The position numbers were made by a program, and so were the translations under genes. A stretch of 64,000 nucleotides of DNA from Hydrolagus affinis. Taxonomy: Eukaryota. A model generated the notes under the pieces. The model saw only the letters and a list, made by a program, of their open reading frames with translations. It made no database searches and had not been told where the DNA came from. Shown here in pieces: positions 49,895-62,250 of this stretch (its first letter is position 1; each line of letters opens with the position of its first letter). Location: positions 1 through 64,000 of the forward strand of contig JAAILG010001358.1 of NCBI GenBank assembly GCA_012026655.1, in the 5' to 3' direction.

Positions 49895-52314
49895 TTATTT
49901 TTTTGCCAGCGATTATTACTGATTACCACTCAGTTTGCACCTTCCTGCTGAGAAACTTTCACTGAAGAATGAATAACCCCCAAATAATTAAATACAATAT
50001 GATTCTCTAATATGTGAATACTGTACATACAATGATACATTTCTCTATTTTGTGTTCACATATTAATTCACTTCTTCCCCTCCCCAATATATTTCTCTAC
50101 ACAATTTAGGGATGACCAGTTAAACTGCATCATTTGAGGGGGTAAGCTGATTCAAAGTAAGTGGCATTGAATTTGTTACAACACTTACACTTTTCTGCTG
50201 AATACAGTACTAAATGGAGATCAGAAAGCATGACCAGGATGTCCTGCTCCAGTGGTTATTAAATCAACTGTTATGATAGTTTAGTGGTGAGTGTTTGCAC
50301 AGATGGGAGGAAAAAAACCTGCAGTTTTCTGCATTAATGAAACACTAAAATCACAGTTGAATAATTAATTCTACTTGTCATCATTAACCCTTGCATGCTG
50401 AAGAGAAATCAAATTCAGATATTAGTTCTAAATCCTTGTCATTGTCATTTCACCCACAAAATAGTCAATTCGCTTTACAATATGTTCTTAACACATCTCA
50501 AAGATGTGATAACACTCTATTTCAAATGCAATTAATATTATGTATATCATTATTATTCCAACACTGCAGCTTTATTTTCTGATGGGTTTTTGTGAGTTTT
50601 TAAGGTGAAGAATATACCTTTTTTTTTCTTTGTGTGTTTTCCTGCTTTTTTTGCAGCTGATTTTGGATTGCTGTTGCATTCCAAAGGTATTTTTGTTTTT
50701 AACTAAATCCCCAATTAAGATATAAATGGAAGAAAATAGGAAGGGGAACACCAATTAAGATAATCAGTTGTATTTGAAAACTACACATTGGGCGATCTAT
50801 AGGGCTGTTTTAAGCTATGATGCATGGTTTAATTGCTTCTTTCTGTACATGCATTGTGCTTGATGGGAGATGACTTGGAAATCAACCCTAGTTTTAAAAA
50901 AAAGATTCCCTAAATTAACTTGTGATTGGTCCTCTCATCTACGATCATTAAACTCTTGATTACATTTAATGAATAAATATGGGATAATTACAAAATTTAT
51001 TTTACTGTAAATAAGAATTAATTATATGAAGGAAGACTATATTTTCCTGACCACCTGGTGAGACACATCATGCATTTTGTATTTAATTTTCCATAGTGCA
51101 GTATTTGTATTTAAATGTTTTCAAAAAAAATTCCCCTCTGGTGATTTAACTTTTTCTAATTTGTGTTCCAGTGTAATTGATTTTATTCATGTACATCTCA
51201 ACTACTTATCATGTACTTAGATAAGTACTTAGAGCATATTTAATTTCCAAAAGCTAATTAAGACAAAAAAAACTGCTATTAAGCTTCCTGTTGTCTCCAT
51301 TAATTTTTTTTCTTATATTTATTACTGGAGTTAGCATCCTCCAGTTAGGCATCGTAAAGCATTTATTTTGTTGGCAGCAGCTAACCAATTTCAATATTTC
51401 ACAAGAAAGGTTTGGATGAAGAAGGCCTATGGCCCATTTGAATTCATACTTCCTTCCTCCCATCACAGAATCAGGCTATCTCTGAAATTAGACTAGAATT
51501 CCGGCCTTAGCGACCATTTGTGATACCTGTTTGTCATTCATTGCTGTCAGAGTAAATAAATATTTTCTAGTAGTCTGTCCTGAAATTGCTCTTGGCAACC
51601 CTAAATCTGTATCCACATTTTCTGCCGTCCTGCTATATCCAAAAGTATTGTTTTGCATTCACCTTGTCAATCCCATTTAAAATTGTATATTTTAAAAATG
51701 TTTATATACCCCTTTTTTTTAAATATTTCTATAAAGGGAATCTACAGTATTCATATATCTGCTAATATACCACATATCTCTCTGAAATGTCATGTATTCA
51801 CTGATGAACCATTTAATGGAGTGTTTTTTCACTATACAATTAAAAAGAAATAAAGGAGTGTTATTGGGATGTAACTGAGCTACCATAATTAATAATCCTT
51901 GTGTTTAATTTAGTGCATTTTCACATCAGGAGAACGTCTTGAAGCCTTTCATAGGATTTATTGTAAGGTATAGCAACTAGTTATTCTTGTAGATGAACAA
52001 GTTTGTTTGTGGCTATGTATGTGGGGAAGCAGGTTGTTATTTATTACAATAATTAGAACTGCAAATAACATCAAGTATCAGTGTAGTCCCTTCACTTAGA
52101 TAACTTCTACATTCAGAACGCTGACTTTGCTTCTTTAATTGAAACACATAGAATGTTTAAATATTTTTAAAGTAAAAATATCAGTGCTGAATATGGTGTG
52201 ATGAAACTTTCTAGAATGTTTTTCTCTCTCTGCAGTTGCTATTTCTGAAAACAAGATCAGTCTCAGCGGATCACTTGGCATTATTTGTTGGATTGCTTGG
52301 CAAAGTACCTAACA

Positions 52315-52875
52315 AAAACAACAAAATTACATTTATATAGCACCTTTCACATCGGGAGGACGTCCCAAGGCCCTGGACAGAGAGCATTTCATCCAATCTA
52401 GGGGTAGAGATTAGAGAGAATGGGTTGGGGGTGGGGGGTGGTGGAAGGAGGTTAATCGAAAGCACGGTCAAAGAGGATGGCCTTGAGGTGGGTCTTGAAG
52501 GCGTCAAAGGATGGGACGAGGCAGAGGGATTGCGGAATGGAGTTCTAAAGGGTGGAGGCAGAGTGGTTCAAGGTCTGCCCGCCAATGGTGGAGCGGGTGA
52601 GGCAGTGGAACATGACCCTAACTGCTGAAGCGGAGGGAGCAGGCAGGTTGGTAGTGGGTTAGGAGGTCGCAGAGGTACCGGGAGTAATGCCATAGAGGGC
52701 TTTTAAGATGATGATGAGGATCTTGAACTGTATCCTCTGTGTGATGGGAAGCCAGTGGAATTGGACAAGGGAGGGGGTGATATAGTCACGGAGCTTATTG
52801 CGGGAGAGGACATTTGCCTCACAGTTCTGATGATCTGCAGCCTATGGAGGGCGAAGTTGGAGTTGACAAGCCGAC
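52315..52875 (-). mobile_element. L2 LINE 3' fragment
   Basis: Minus strand LHWLPITQRIQFKILIIILKAL-type translation and tail. Confidence 0.9.
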
Positions 52876-53074
52876 TCCCCTACCTAAGAACTACTGGGAA
52901 CAGTACCCCTACATGAATCAGATCCTTCTGGAGAGAGGGAAATAGGAGGCAACTAGAACCATGGCTTGATATTGAGCAAAATGTAAATTCTCCTTTCAAA
53001 TGTATCCTGATGTTATAGTATTCAATATTCCAGCTGACCCTTTGGGTATCAATTAATAATAGTAATATTACACC

Positions 53075-53438
53075 CATTTTATATAGCACCCTATATTGTT
53101 GAAAGTCTCAAAACTATTTATAGAATATACAGTAAAGTGAATTTGTCTGTACTTTGTGGGTGAAATGTGGCAGCTAATTGCGTAATGTCCCACAAACATT
53201 CATGGATTGAGTGACCAAATTATTATTATTTTTTTAAAAAATTTTTAGGGATTATTATCCCTGGAGGCAAACCGCCAATCAACTAACAACTGGGTTCCTT
53301 CCTACTTACTGCTAGGTTAAGCAGAGCCATGGGGAGTAAGGGAGTACCATATGCCTAAGGTTTGGCCCTGCCCGGGAACCAAACCTGGGTTTTATCGCTT
53401 GTGAGACGAGTATTCTGACCAATACGCTACAGGACTCC
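53075..53438 (-). mobile_element. Deu-type SINE, long form
   Basis: Same layout as 43113-43471, more diverged. Confidence 0.85.
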
Positions 53439-54103
53439 AATTATTTATCTATACATTTTTATATAGATTGGTGGAGAGAGACCGACATGGCGGCAGTAGC
53501 AATGAAAAGGCACTCAGCGAGCTAAAGATGCACTTTGTTCTGTAGGGATGAGAGAATTCTCAGAAATGCAAATTTTATTTTTCGCTCAAGTCCTTCAAGT
53601 AGATACAATCAGGACAAATTACCCAAGCAGCTCACATTCATCAGTGAGACAAAGGTAGGCAGTTAAAATAGATGAAAGTGTAATCTTCTGACAAAAGCAT
53701 TGAATTTAATAGAACCATCAGATTGTTAGAACAATATTTTATCCGACTTGAGCAGGTTGTGGTAAGATAGCAATCCCTTCTTCTGTGCTGCTCCTTGGCA
53801 TTTGTTATGGATCTGAGGAAGGAAAGCATGCAATAATTATTCAAATATTCAATCACTCCTAACTTTAAAAATAAATTAAATATTGATGTTGACAAATTAA
53901 AAAGATTTTCAAATTCCAGGAATGTTGGTAAATAATTTGCACCTAAGGAACTGTTTTGTATTGCTGTAATTTAAAATTGTAACAGAGGAGGAGAGTGAGT
54001 GAGAGAGAGAGCGAGAGAGAGCAATGGAGAAAGAAAAAGAGCATGAATGGTGAAGACTTAAGATGTTACCGCATGCAATGGATCTTGGGCTGAACAGTAC
54101 TGT

Positions 54104-54388
54104 GGAGTTCTGTAGCTCAGTGGTTATAGCACTTGCCTTATAAGTGAGAGACCTGGGTTCAATTCCATACTCCACATGCCTGATAATAATCCCTCAAAAG
54201 AAAACAATAATAAATTAGTCATTTCACTCCATGGCTGTTTGTGGGGCACTGCTGTGAGCAACAGGCTGCCGCATTTTGCCCACATATACAGTATAGTCAA
54301 TTAACTTTACAGTATATTCTGTGAAGCACTTTGAGACCTCTAGAAGGCGTGAACGGTGCTTTACCAAATGCAAGGAGTATTATTATTA
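54104..54388 (+). mobile_element. Deu-type SINE, short form
   Basis: tRNA head, small internal deletion after the B box, Deu core, (ATT)n tail. Confidence 0.9.
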
Positions 54389-54979
54389 TCTTAAGGTACA
54401 CTGAAAAGGATTTCTATGTGAGATTAAACAGCAGCATAGAGTTTCATATTGCACTATACTAATGAATTAAATGCAGGCCGTTCAATACCCAGGAGAGATC
54501 ATGAGGGCACTGTTATTTCTCATTACAAGACCTGTTACATTTTGCCATAATTTTTTACAAGGGTGCAGTGTGGGGGTTAGTGTTGTTGGAATTTTCATTA
54601 ATCTATACAAAAAATTAAACACTTTCTGCATCCTGCTTAAGGGAGGGAGAGGCAGAGCTGGAGCACAAGAGCACTCTTTGTACTCTTGTGAAAGACGCAA
54701 CAATTATGGATGACTCCTTAAGAGCTTTGTATTGTGTTATTCTGGCAGTGTACTCAGTTAACCAGCATCTGGTTCTCCTGTTACTTCTGTAAAAATGAAG
54801 TGTTGCTTCAGGTGAAAGTTGTTTGTAATTCATTTATTTTGTATCAATTGGCTGTGCCTACATCCTGCCTGCCAGTAAACTGGTGCAGCAAACTCCATCT
54901 CTCCAATCTCCATCTCTCTCACTCTCTCTCCAATCTCAGTCTCTCTCTTCCTTGCTGTCTCCAACCTCCATCTCTCTCC

Positions 54980-55400
54980 CTCTCCCAAATTTCAGGAGAA
55001 ATCAGATCTGGGTGGCTAATCCAGCAGTTTTTTCTATTGCCAGTCATTGAAGAATTCTTCCATCTCACCTTTTTACCCGAGTTACCAGCCTGCCTGTTTA
55101 AACCCTGTATCCTTCTAATTCCTCTTGAGAGCTTTAATGATGCACAGTCAGATTCCCAAGTGATCTTGTAGTTTACTACTAAATAACTTGCCAGAATATG
55201 GGTTTATTACCAGGGAGCTTATATTGGTCCACAGTGAGTTGCAGTCTCTTAATTGTCTGACAAAACAATCATTATCCACCTTATTTCCTCTTAAAGAGGA
55301 TCCAAAACGATTAAGTCTTAAAACGCTAGTAATAGGCAATGAGTATTATTTGAATAGAGCCTCAGTTCCCTCATACCAAGTTCGGTGTAAGGTTAGTGAG
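54980..55400 (-). mobile_element. CR1-like ORF1 end / ORF2 start relic
   Basis: Minus strand VLRLNRFGSSL (cf. esterase GLHLNxxG) followed by SLWTNISSLVIN (cf. endonuclease start LYTNxRSLxNK). Confidence 0.5.
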
Positions 55401-55549
55401 ATTATTTAAATGTAAAACTTCTGTAACCTCTGCTCTCTTGTTTGCAATCACTGTTGGTGACTCTGGAGCTTGCACTTACTCCTAATTGTAGTCCTCTCAC
55501 CGTGCAGATGATTTCACGCAGATACTGTCAGTGTTTTCCGATGCATCAT

Positions 55550-55800
55550 GATATTACTACAAGAGGATAAGAGTTTAAATTTGTAAAGGCCAATTTCAGG
55601 ACAAATATCAGGTAGCATTTCTTTTCTCAGAGGTCATTTAAATACTTGAAAAGGGTTTCTAGGAGGAGTACTTGAGACCAGAATGCTGGACCTGTTTTTT
55701 TTTTAAAAAAAAGGTTTTATGGTGTGATGGGAAGACAGTAGTGTGTAGAAGATGAGATCAAATAGGCTGAAGGGTCTTCTTCATCTGAACCATTCATGAT
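55550..55800 (+). mobile_element. CR1 LINE 3' end
   Basis: TTRG*EFKFVKANFRTNIR*HFFSQR; 3' UTR aataggctgaagggtcttct. Confidence 0.7.
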
Positions 55801-56464
55801 TTTTGTAAGTGTTGGATATACACAGAGCTGTTGTGAGATAGAAGTTAGCCAAAATGGGTGATTGGAAAGCTTAGGCTTTTATCTCCATTAATTAGGGTGA
55901 CGAAATATTATTCAAATTATATTTCAAATGATATATTTCAATATATTCAATATACTGTAATATGTTATTCCAGACATTACCAGTAATCTTGTTTTTGCAA
56001 AGAGTTGTTTTAAACTTTTATTCTTCATAGTATTTGGGTGGTTTGATCATGGGTGATCGATAAAAATGAAGCTTTGTTGTTGATGCTAAGGTTTTGTTAT
56101 GAAATGGTATTGTTCGAAATGTCATTGAAATGCCCACGAAATGACACTGAAAACTGGAATTACCTTCAGAGTGCCAGCCCAGGATCATGGCAACTTGTGC
56201 AAGTCTGCCATCTGCTGGACATTGATTCTGCCTTGAACATTGTCACTAATGGTACAGCAGCATCAAACAGTGACTCAAGTCCAAATAAATTCAAACAAAA
56301 CAAAGTGGACATACAACAACAACAAAATTACATTTGTATAGCACCCTTCAAGTTGGGAGGATGTACCAAGGTACTGGGACATAGCAAGTACTACATTGAT
56401 AATATAGAGAAATGGTTGGATTTTTATCTTGTTTTCTCTTTTTGCAATTTGTTTCTGAATAATC

Positions 56465-56655
56465 CATGATCACTTGTGATCCATGACTGTTTTGACTGTT
56501 TGTTGGGGACACAGCTGTACGCAATTGACTGCCATATTTTAGCTACAAAATATAGTCAATTCACGTTACTCTATATTCTTTGAAGCTCTTTAAGACATCT
56601 CAACCACGTTATCAACCGTGATAAGTTGATATATCAAAGGCAAGGATTATTATTA
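56465..56655 (+). mobile_element. Deu-type SINE 3' half
   Basis: Deu core and gcaaggattattatta tail. Confidence 0.8.
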
Positions 56656-57212
56656 CAACAACAATAAAATTACATTTGTAGAGTGCCTCTCATGTCAGGA
56701 GGGTGTCCCAAGGGACTGAACAGTCATGGATAAGGACCCAAGCATTGGGGTGGGTGGGGCGGCATGGTTGGGATGAGGGAGGGCAGAGAGGTAGGAGGGT
56801 GGCTGAAGGAACAGTCAAAAAGGTGGGTCTTGAGTTGGACCATGAAGGAGACAAGGGAGGGGCAAGGCAAAGGGATTGTGGGATGGAGTTCCAAAGGGTG
56901 GGGGCACAGAGACTGAAGGCCCGGCTGCCGATGGTAGGTTAGGTTGGCGGGGGACACAAGAAGCAGTTCGCAGCCTGTTGAACGGAGGGAGCGGACAGAT
57001 TGATAGGGGTTCAGCAGGTCATAGAGGGGACCATACTGGATCTTGAAAGTGAGGATGAGTATTTTAATTTCTATCCTCTGAGGGATGGGTAGCCAGTGGA
57101 GCTGGGTGAGGGTGGGGTGATGGGGTCACGGAGTGTGGCACGGGAGAGGAATCTAGCTGCAGAGTTTTGGATGATTTGCAGCTTGTGGAGGTAAGAGTTT
57201 GGGGAAGCCGAC
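56656..57212 (-). mobile_element. L2 LINE 3' fragment
   Basis: Minus strand LQIIQNSAARF...ITPTLTQLHWLPIPQRIEIKILILTFK; tail abuts the SINE tail. Confidence 0.9.
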
Positions 57213-60189
57213 AAGACAGGAGTTTCCATAATTATGCTAAATTATTATCAGGCTTACCAGAACAAACTGATTCTGGGCTGTACTTTTAATTTGATGTACA
57301 CATGAACTCTGGATCTCAGCATCTTCATGAAACAGATGCAGCGAGTGGCAGGAGGATGGAGAGAGAAAAAAGTAAGATTGAATTCACCCCCCACAACATC
57401 TGCTCAGGTACTCCTCCTCCTGGCCAGGGTTGGTAAAGTAATAGGCGAGGGCCCTGAGTATCCGCTTGCTATCTCTGGGGACTTCTTAATGGCTTCATGA
57501 TTAGACGTGCAAACCCTGGACAATTTCACCTTCCCCTAAGCGCCCACCCCATGCCCCATCACACGCCTCCCCATGGGACACTGCTGCTCCTGTCACTACC
57601 TTGACTAAGATCAGCTGAAGGGACAAGCTGCGTTAGTCTGTGGGGGTGGGTGGGAAACTGGAGAATAGGAGGCAAATTTTTTAAAGTTTTAAAATATTGA
57701 TAGATGTATACGTAGCGTTTTGATATCTTAAAGACGTAAAATTATTCACATTCACTTCAGGCTGCAAATAAATGGAATGAATACATGCCTATGTTCTCTC
57801 CAGTATTAGCAACTCCCGAGTGGGAGGTGAGGTGTGTTTATGGGGTGGGGCGTTTGATTGCATATCCTATAGAGTTGAAACAACAATGACAAAATTACAT
57901 TTGTATAGTGCCTTTCACATACCATGGTGTTGGGATAATTTTTAAGTTACTGTCATTAGCTCCTTTGCTGTGTCCAGGGCCAAAAATACAATGTTTGATC
58001 TCTGGGTGGTAGTAGCAGTAAGGCAGAACACAGAAATAACTTCCCTACTGTGCCCATGGATATTCCCAGATGTGGAAATCAGATCAGGACAGGATTTAGC
58101 TTGAATTTGAATTTCTCCCCCCCCCACCCCCCCCCCCCAAATTGTTAAATAACTGTGGATGGTCACTGTCTGAGTTCAAATTTGAAGAATGACAATTTGG
58201 AATGATTGCAACCATGTATCAACATGACCCTGAACATGCAGGAGATGGGGGCTGAGGGAGAGACAAGTGGGATGGTGGGAGAAGAGGGACAGAAGCTATA
58301 TTTAATTTTTAAAAAGATTGTGAATGTGCTGAATATAATAATAATTATGGAGAGAAAAACAGCAGGTGATGAGAACAAAAAGTGAAATAGTCAGTGCAAT
58401 CTAGTGCATTGTGAATAAGCCGCACAAAAATCTATTTTTAACTGGTGAATAAAAAGCCATGAAATAATTATCAGTCCATTGACAGGTTGCACTCTCATTT
58501 CTTTAGATGATAACCTAGGTCATTGTCCATAGGAAACTAGTCTCCTTCATTCAATTAAACATTTAGTTTCAAGTGAATAATTATTTTTCCTATTGCCCTT
58601 GAATTATGATAGATTTTAATGGGGCAACGAAGTTTAGTTTTGGTTTGGTCTGCTGCAGAACCACCCCCGACTCTATGCTTGTTGACTAAGTAGTTCCATT
58701 TCTCACCTTTCACCCATGTAGGATTGTGAGGCTGTACAGAGCGCACTTTGGATACACCACTTATTCAGTACTCAACTCAACACAGCAATGGAATAAAATA
58801 CGGCCATTTTGATTAAAAGATTTCATTCTGTTGTCAATTGAGTAACCAGCGTTGATAGATGCAGGAGGCTAAATAGGTTCACACAGGCTAATTACCCTCC
58901 ATCATCATAATGTGCGACCCAGCATCTAGCCTTTGGCATCAAATGTACATACAATAGTGAGCGCCCATAACATAGGTTAAATAGTAACTGGAAAAGCTCG
59001 ACATTACACTCCAGTAACAGTTCAACAGGAAGCTTTCTAATGAGCATAAAGAGGCCTATTTAATGTTGCGGTGATCCAATAGCTGCTCTTTCTTAACCAT
59101 GATTCTCCACATCCAAATCCATTACTTCATTGACATATGCCAGCTAAGCGTCTTGTCACACCCATATTTCTGGTTCATCCATTCTATATCTTTGCAAGTC
59201 ATGGTTTTAGCTAGCAGCAAGCATCTAGTAAGAGTGTGTGCTTTCTACATACAACAACCCACACACAACACACCAGAAATCGATACAGTTTGGTACATTC
59301 TAGCACAAGTTCCGAAGAAATCTTACTATTTTTTTCAAATTCAAGTTCCATCAAAGAGCTGCTGTATTTACAGATGAAAAGTCTCCTTGAACCAAGATGT
59401 AAGAGCCTTGCGTGCCTTACGTCTTCACTGCAAAGTTAAAGGGAAAAGTCAATCACACCTTTATTTCTGCAGGACTGGTCTGAGGTCAACCTCGAACCTT
59501 GCAGCTCCTTATAAACTGACAATTCTATTATTTGTAATTTATGCATGTTGAAGTCGAATTTGAATTAGCAGTAACAGGTGCTGAGCTGAGTTAATTAGCC
59601 ACCCAACCAAGCACTTCTGTCATAAGCCCAGCTTCACAACTCCTCAGACTAATTGTAAATTTAAAGCGAGCGCTTCATAAAATAATCGTTTAAGAGAAAT
59701 GCAGCCTGTCGCAGAGGTAAAATTGTAGCAAATAAAATCAGACTGAGTTTTGCAAACATGGGTTTTATTATCTGCTCATGAGCTGTGATGCTGAATCAAA
59801 GTAATAAAGTGTCCATCATTTGATAATGAGTTTAATGCTTCAGAAATAATTATTAGTTGAGGCTTTACTGGTTAATGTTGCATAATAAATGGTTGCGTTA
59901 TGTTGTAAGGCTGTAGTGCAAATTGGCTGCTGCATTCACCAACAAAATACACTTTACAGTGAGTCCTGTGAAGCACTTGGGAATGATCACCTGACATTGT
60001 ATGCTAACGTCTCTAACCAACAGCCTAAAACAATCAAAAGCTTGTTGCAGATATAGAGAATTGGACATTAGGTGGAAATTAGTGTAGTATCTTCAGTACT
60101 GAGAACACCGAATCAATAATTCTGTTAAGAAAACATAACCTCCGATTGTGCCTACAGCTTTCCATTCTATAAGGATGTAATCTCTAATT

Positions 60190-60700
60190 CTGTAATTCCT
60201 GGGGTACACACTAACCATGCTCTGCTACTCCAAAATCTATCCTTTAATTCATATTTCCTGCCACCCTTTTCTTCAACCATCTATTTTACTACTTTGCATC
60301 ATTCACAATTATAATATCTTATGTGCCACCTTATTAAACATCTTCCAAAAGTCCAAATATATAATCTACCACATCTTCTTTATCCATGCTTCTCAGTTAC
60401 TAGCTCACAGAATTTGATCAAATTAATCCAATATGACACCTTCCCTTTCCAAAACCATGATGGGAATCCTTATTATTCTTTCTAAATGTTCATTACTCTA
60501 GCATCCTTTATTACAAATCCAAGGGTTTACCTGTAATTGACATGAAACTCACCAACCTATATATCCCCAGTTCTTCCTCTTTTTCCTGCCTTTCATGAAC
60601 AATGGAGTGATGTATGCCATTCTCTGAACCTCTGGGACAACTCCTCTTTTCACACACTGCTGGGAAATGATCAAGTTTTTACCCAATGTGCATTCAGATG
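60190..60700 (-). mobile_element. CR1 reverse-transcriptase relic
   Basis: Minus strand RMAYITPLFMKG, IYRLVSFMS, HHGFGKGR and IYLDFWKMFNKVAH appear in canonical CR1 RT order. Confidence 0.8.
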
Positions 60701-61949
60701 TTCTACAATCCATGTTATCCACGCATCTCTTTGTTCTTTACTGGCAAATTAATATGTCTTTTGTGTAGGGAAGAAAGGATTGTCTGAAAGAACCTTTTTT
60801 GGTTCGCTGAAAGAAGAGATCAGTAATGTAAAGTGCATTTGCTGCAGGTAGACAATAGCAACGGTTCGTTACCTTCTGCTTCAAAAGTGTTTGAGTATGA
60901 TGATAAAAGTCCTGAAAAGCACTATCAAGATTAAAAGGAAGTGAGTGAAGCTCAGTAGTGTTCTAAATTGAGGGGAAAGCCTTTTATGTTTTATTAAGAT
61001 AATTAACTTTTTTCTGTGAAGATGAAATAATAATTGAATTGATTAGAATAAGGGGATTCATTCCACTTCTCTTGACTGAAACTTCCTGCATTGAGTGCCT
61101 CTTCTTCCAATAAGAAAAGCTCTAATGCTTCAACTGGTTTGTTCGCCTTCGTTTTGCTGTAGTAGGAAATCATGTCCAATTTGTCTCCATTACGATAGAT
61201 TTTTCCTTACAAAATGAGATTGTGTCTGACCCAAGCTTAATTTCCTTAACTGCTATCTTTGTTGGTTTTGTGCTGTTGAGCTTTATCCAAGCTAACAGTA
61301 TAGGTTGACCAAAATGTTGTGATAACTACCGTATTATCAAAAAAAAATCATCATTTCTGTATGACTCACTGGACATTGTAATGGGATCATGACTTTTTGG
61401 TCACCCTGTATATGCAATGTCTCACCTTGTGAATGGGATTGAGTTGACACTATACAACCAATTAGGATTACTCTTTATAAACAAAGTGCAAAATCACATC
61501 CTGTGGCCCATATAGTGGGCAATGACATTTGGGAAATACACCATTCTGATATGGATCTCAGAAATTATCAACGCTGTGTCACTGGTGTCACTGCTTATTA
61601 ATACAGTCATTTCATACACCACACTTCATTGAGGCATTCACACTTCATGGATAACTAACTTATTAACAAAGAGATGAAAGAGATCAAGGGGTTACTAATT
61701 AAGTCATTGCTCGCCATGTCCAAACCATGTGTGAGACAGCAATGAACAAGACTAAATTATCAATTTAATTAAGGTCCAAGCCACAGAAATAACACTCTAC
61801 ATTGCTCTGGGTGAGCAGCACATAGATTATTGCTATAGTGTTGTGGTCACTGCAACATAAGGGTGGCCAGCAGAGGAAAGCAACAAGGCTTTCATCAAGG
61901 CCCAGTTTTAAAGAGATGAGCTATGAGGAATAACCAGATAAACTGAGGC

Positions 61950-62250
61950 TCTTTCATTATCAAAACGTGCACCTCAGCATGAATCTTATGAAGGTACATA
62001 AGATACTGAGTAGGGAAAAGAGGGTAAACTGAGAACAATACCTTTAAGATGCATTAAGCCAGCGAGTCAAGAGTGTGCAGGTTTGGAGTTGTGAAGGGCA
62101 ATTTTAGAACTGATGCCAGGAATTACTTAAACAGCAGCTTTCAATAATAGCTGACAATTCGCTCAGAGATTTTCTCTGGAAGCAACTAAACCTGCAAATA
62201 GATTTTTTGCAATGGATGTGGGACTTCAAGTCTTTTGAACACTTGACTGA
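61950..62250 (+). mobile_element. CR1 LINE 3' end relic
   Basis: LMKVHKIL...VVKGNFRTDARNY; homologous to 55550-55800. Confidence 0.6.

Noticed and set aside
58117-58138. C-run / G-quadruplex potential (also G-rich 39618-39657)
   Set aside because: Simple homopolymer-like tracts, common and length-unreliable, with no supporting context
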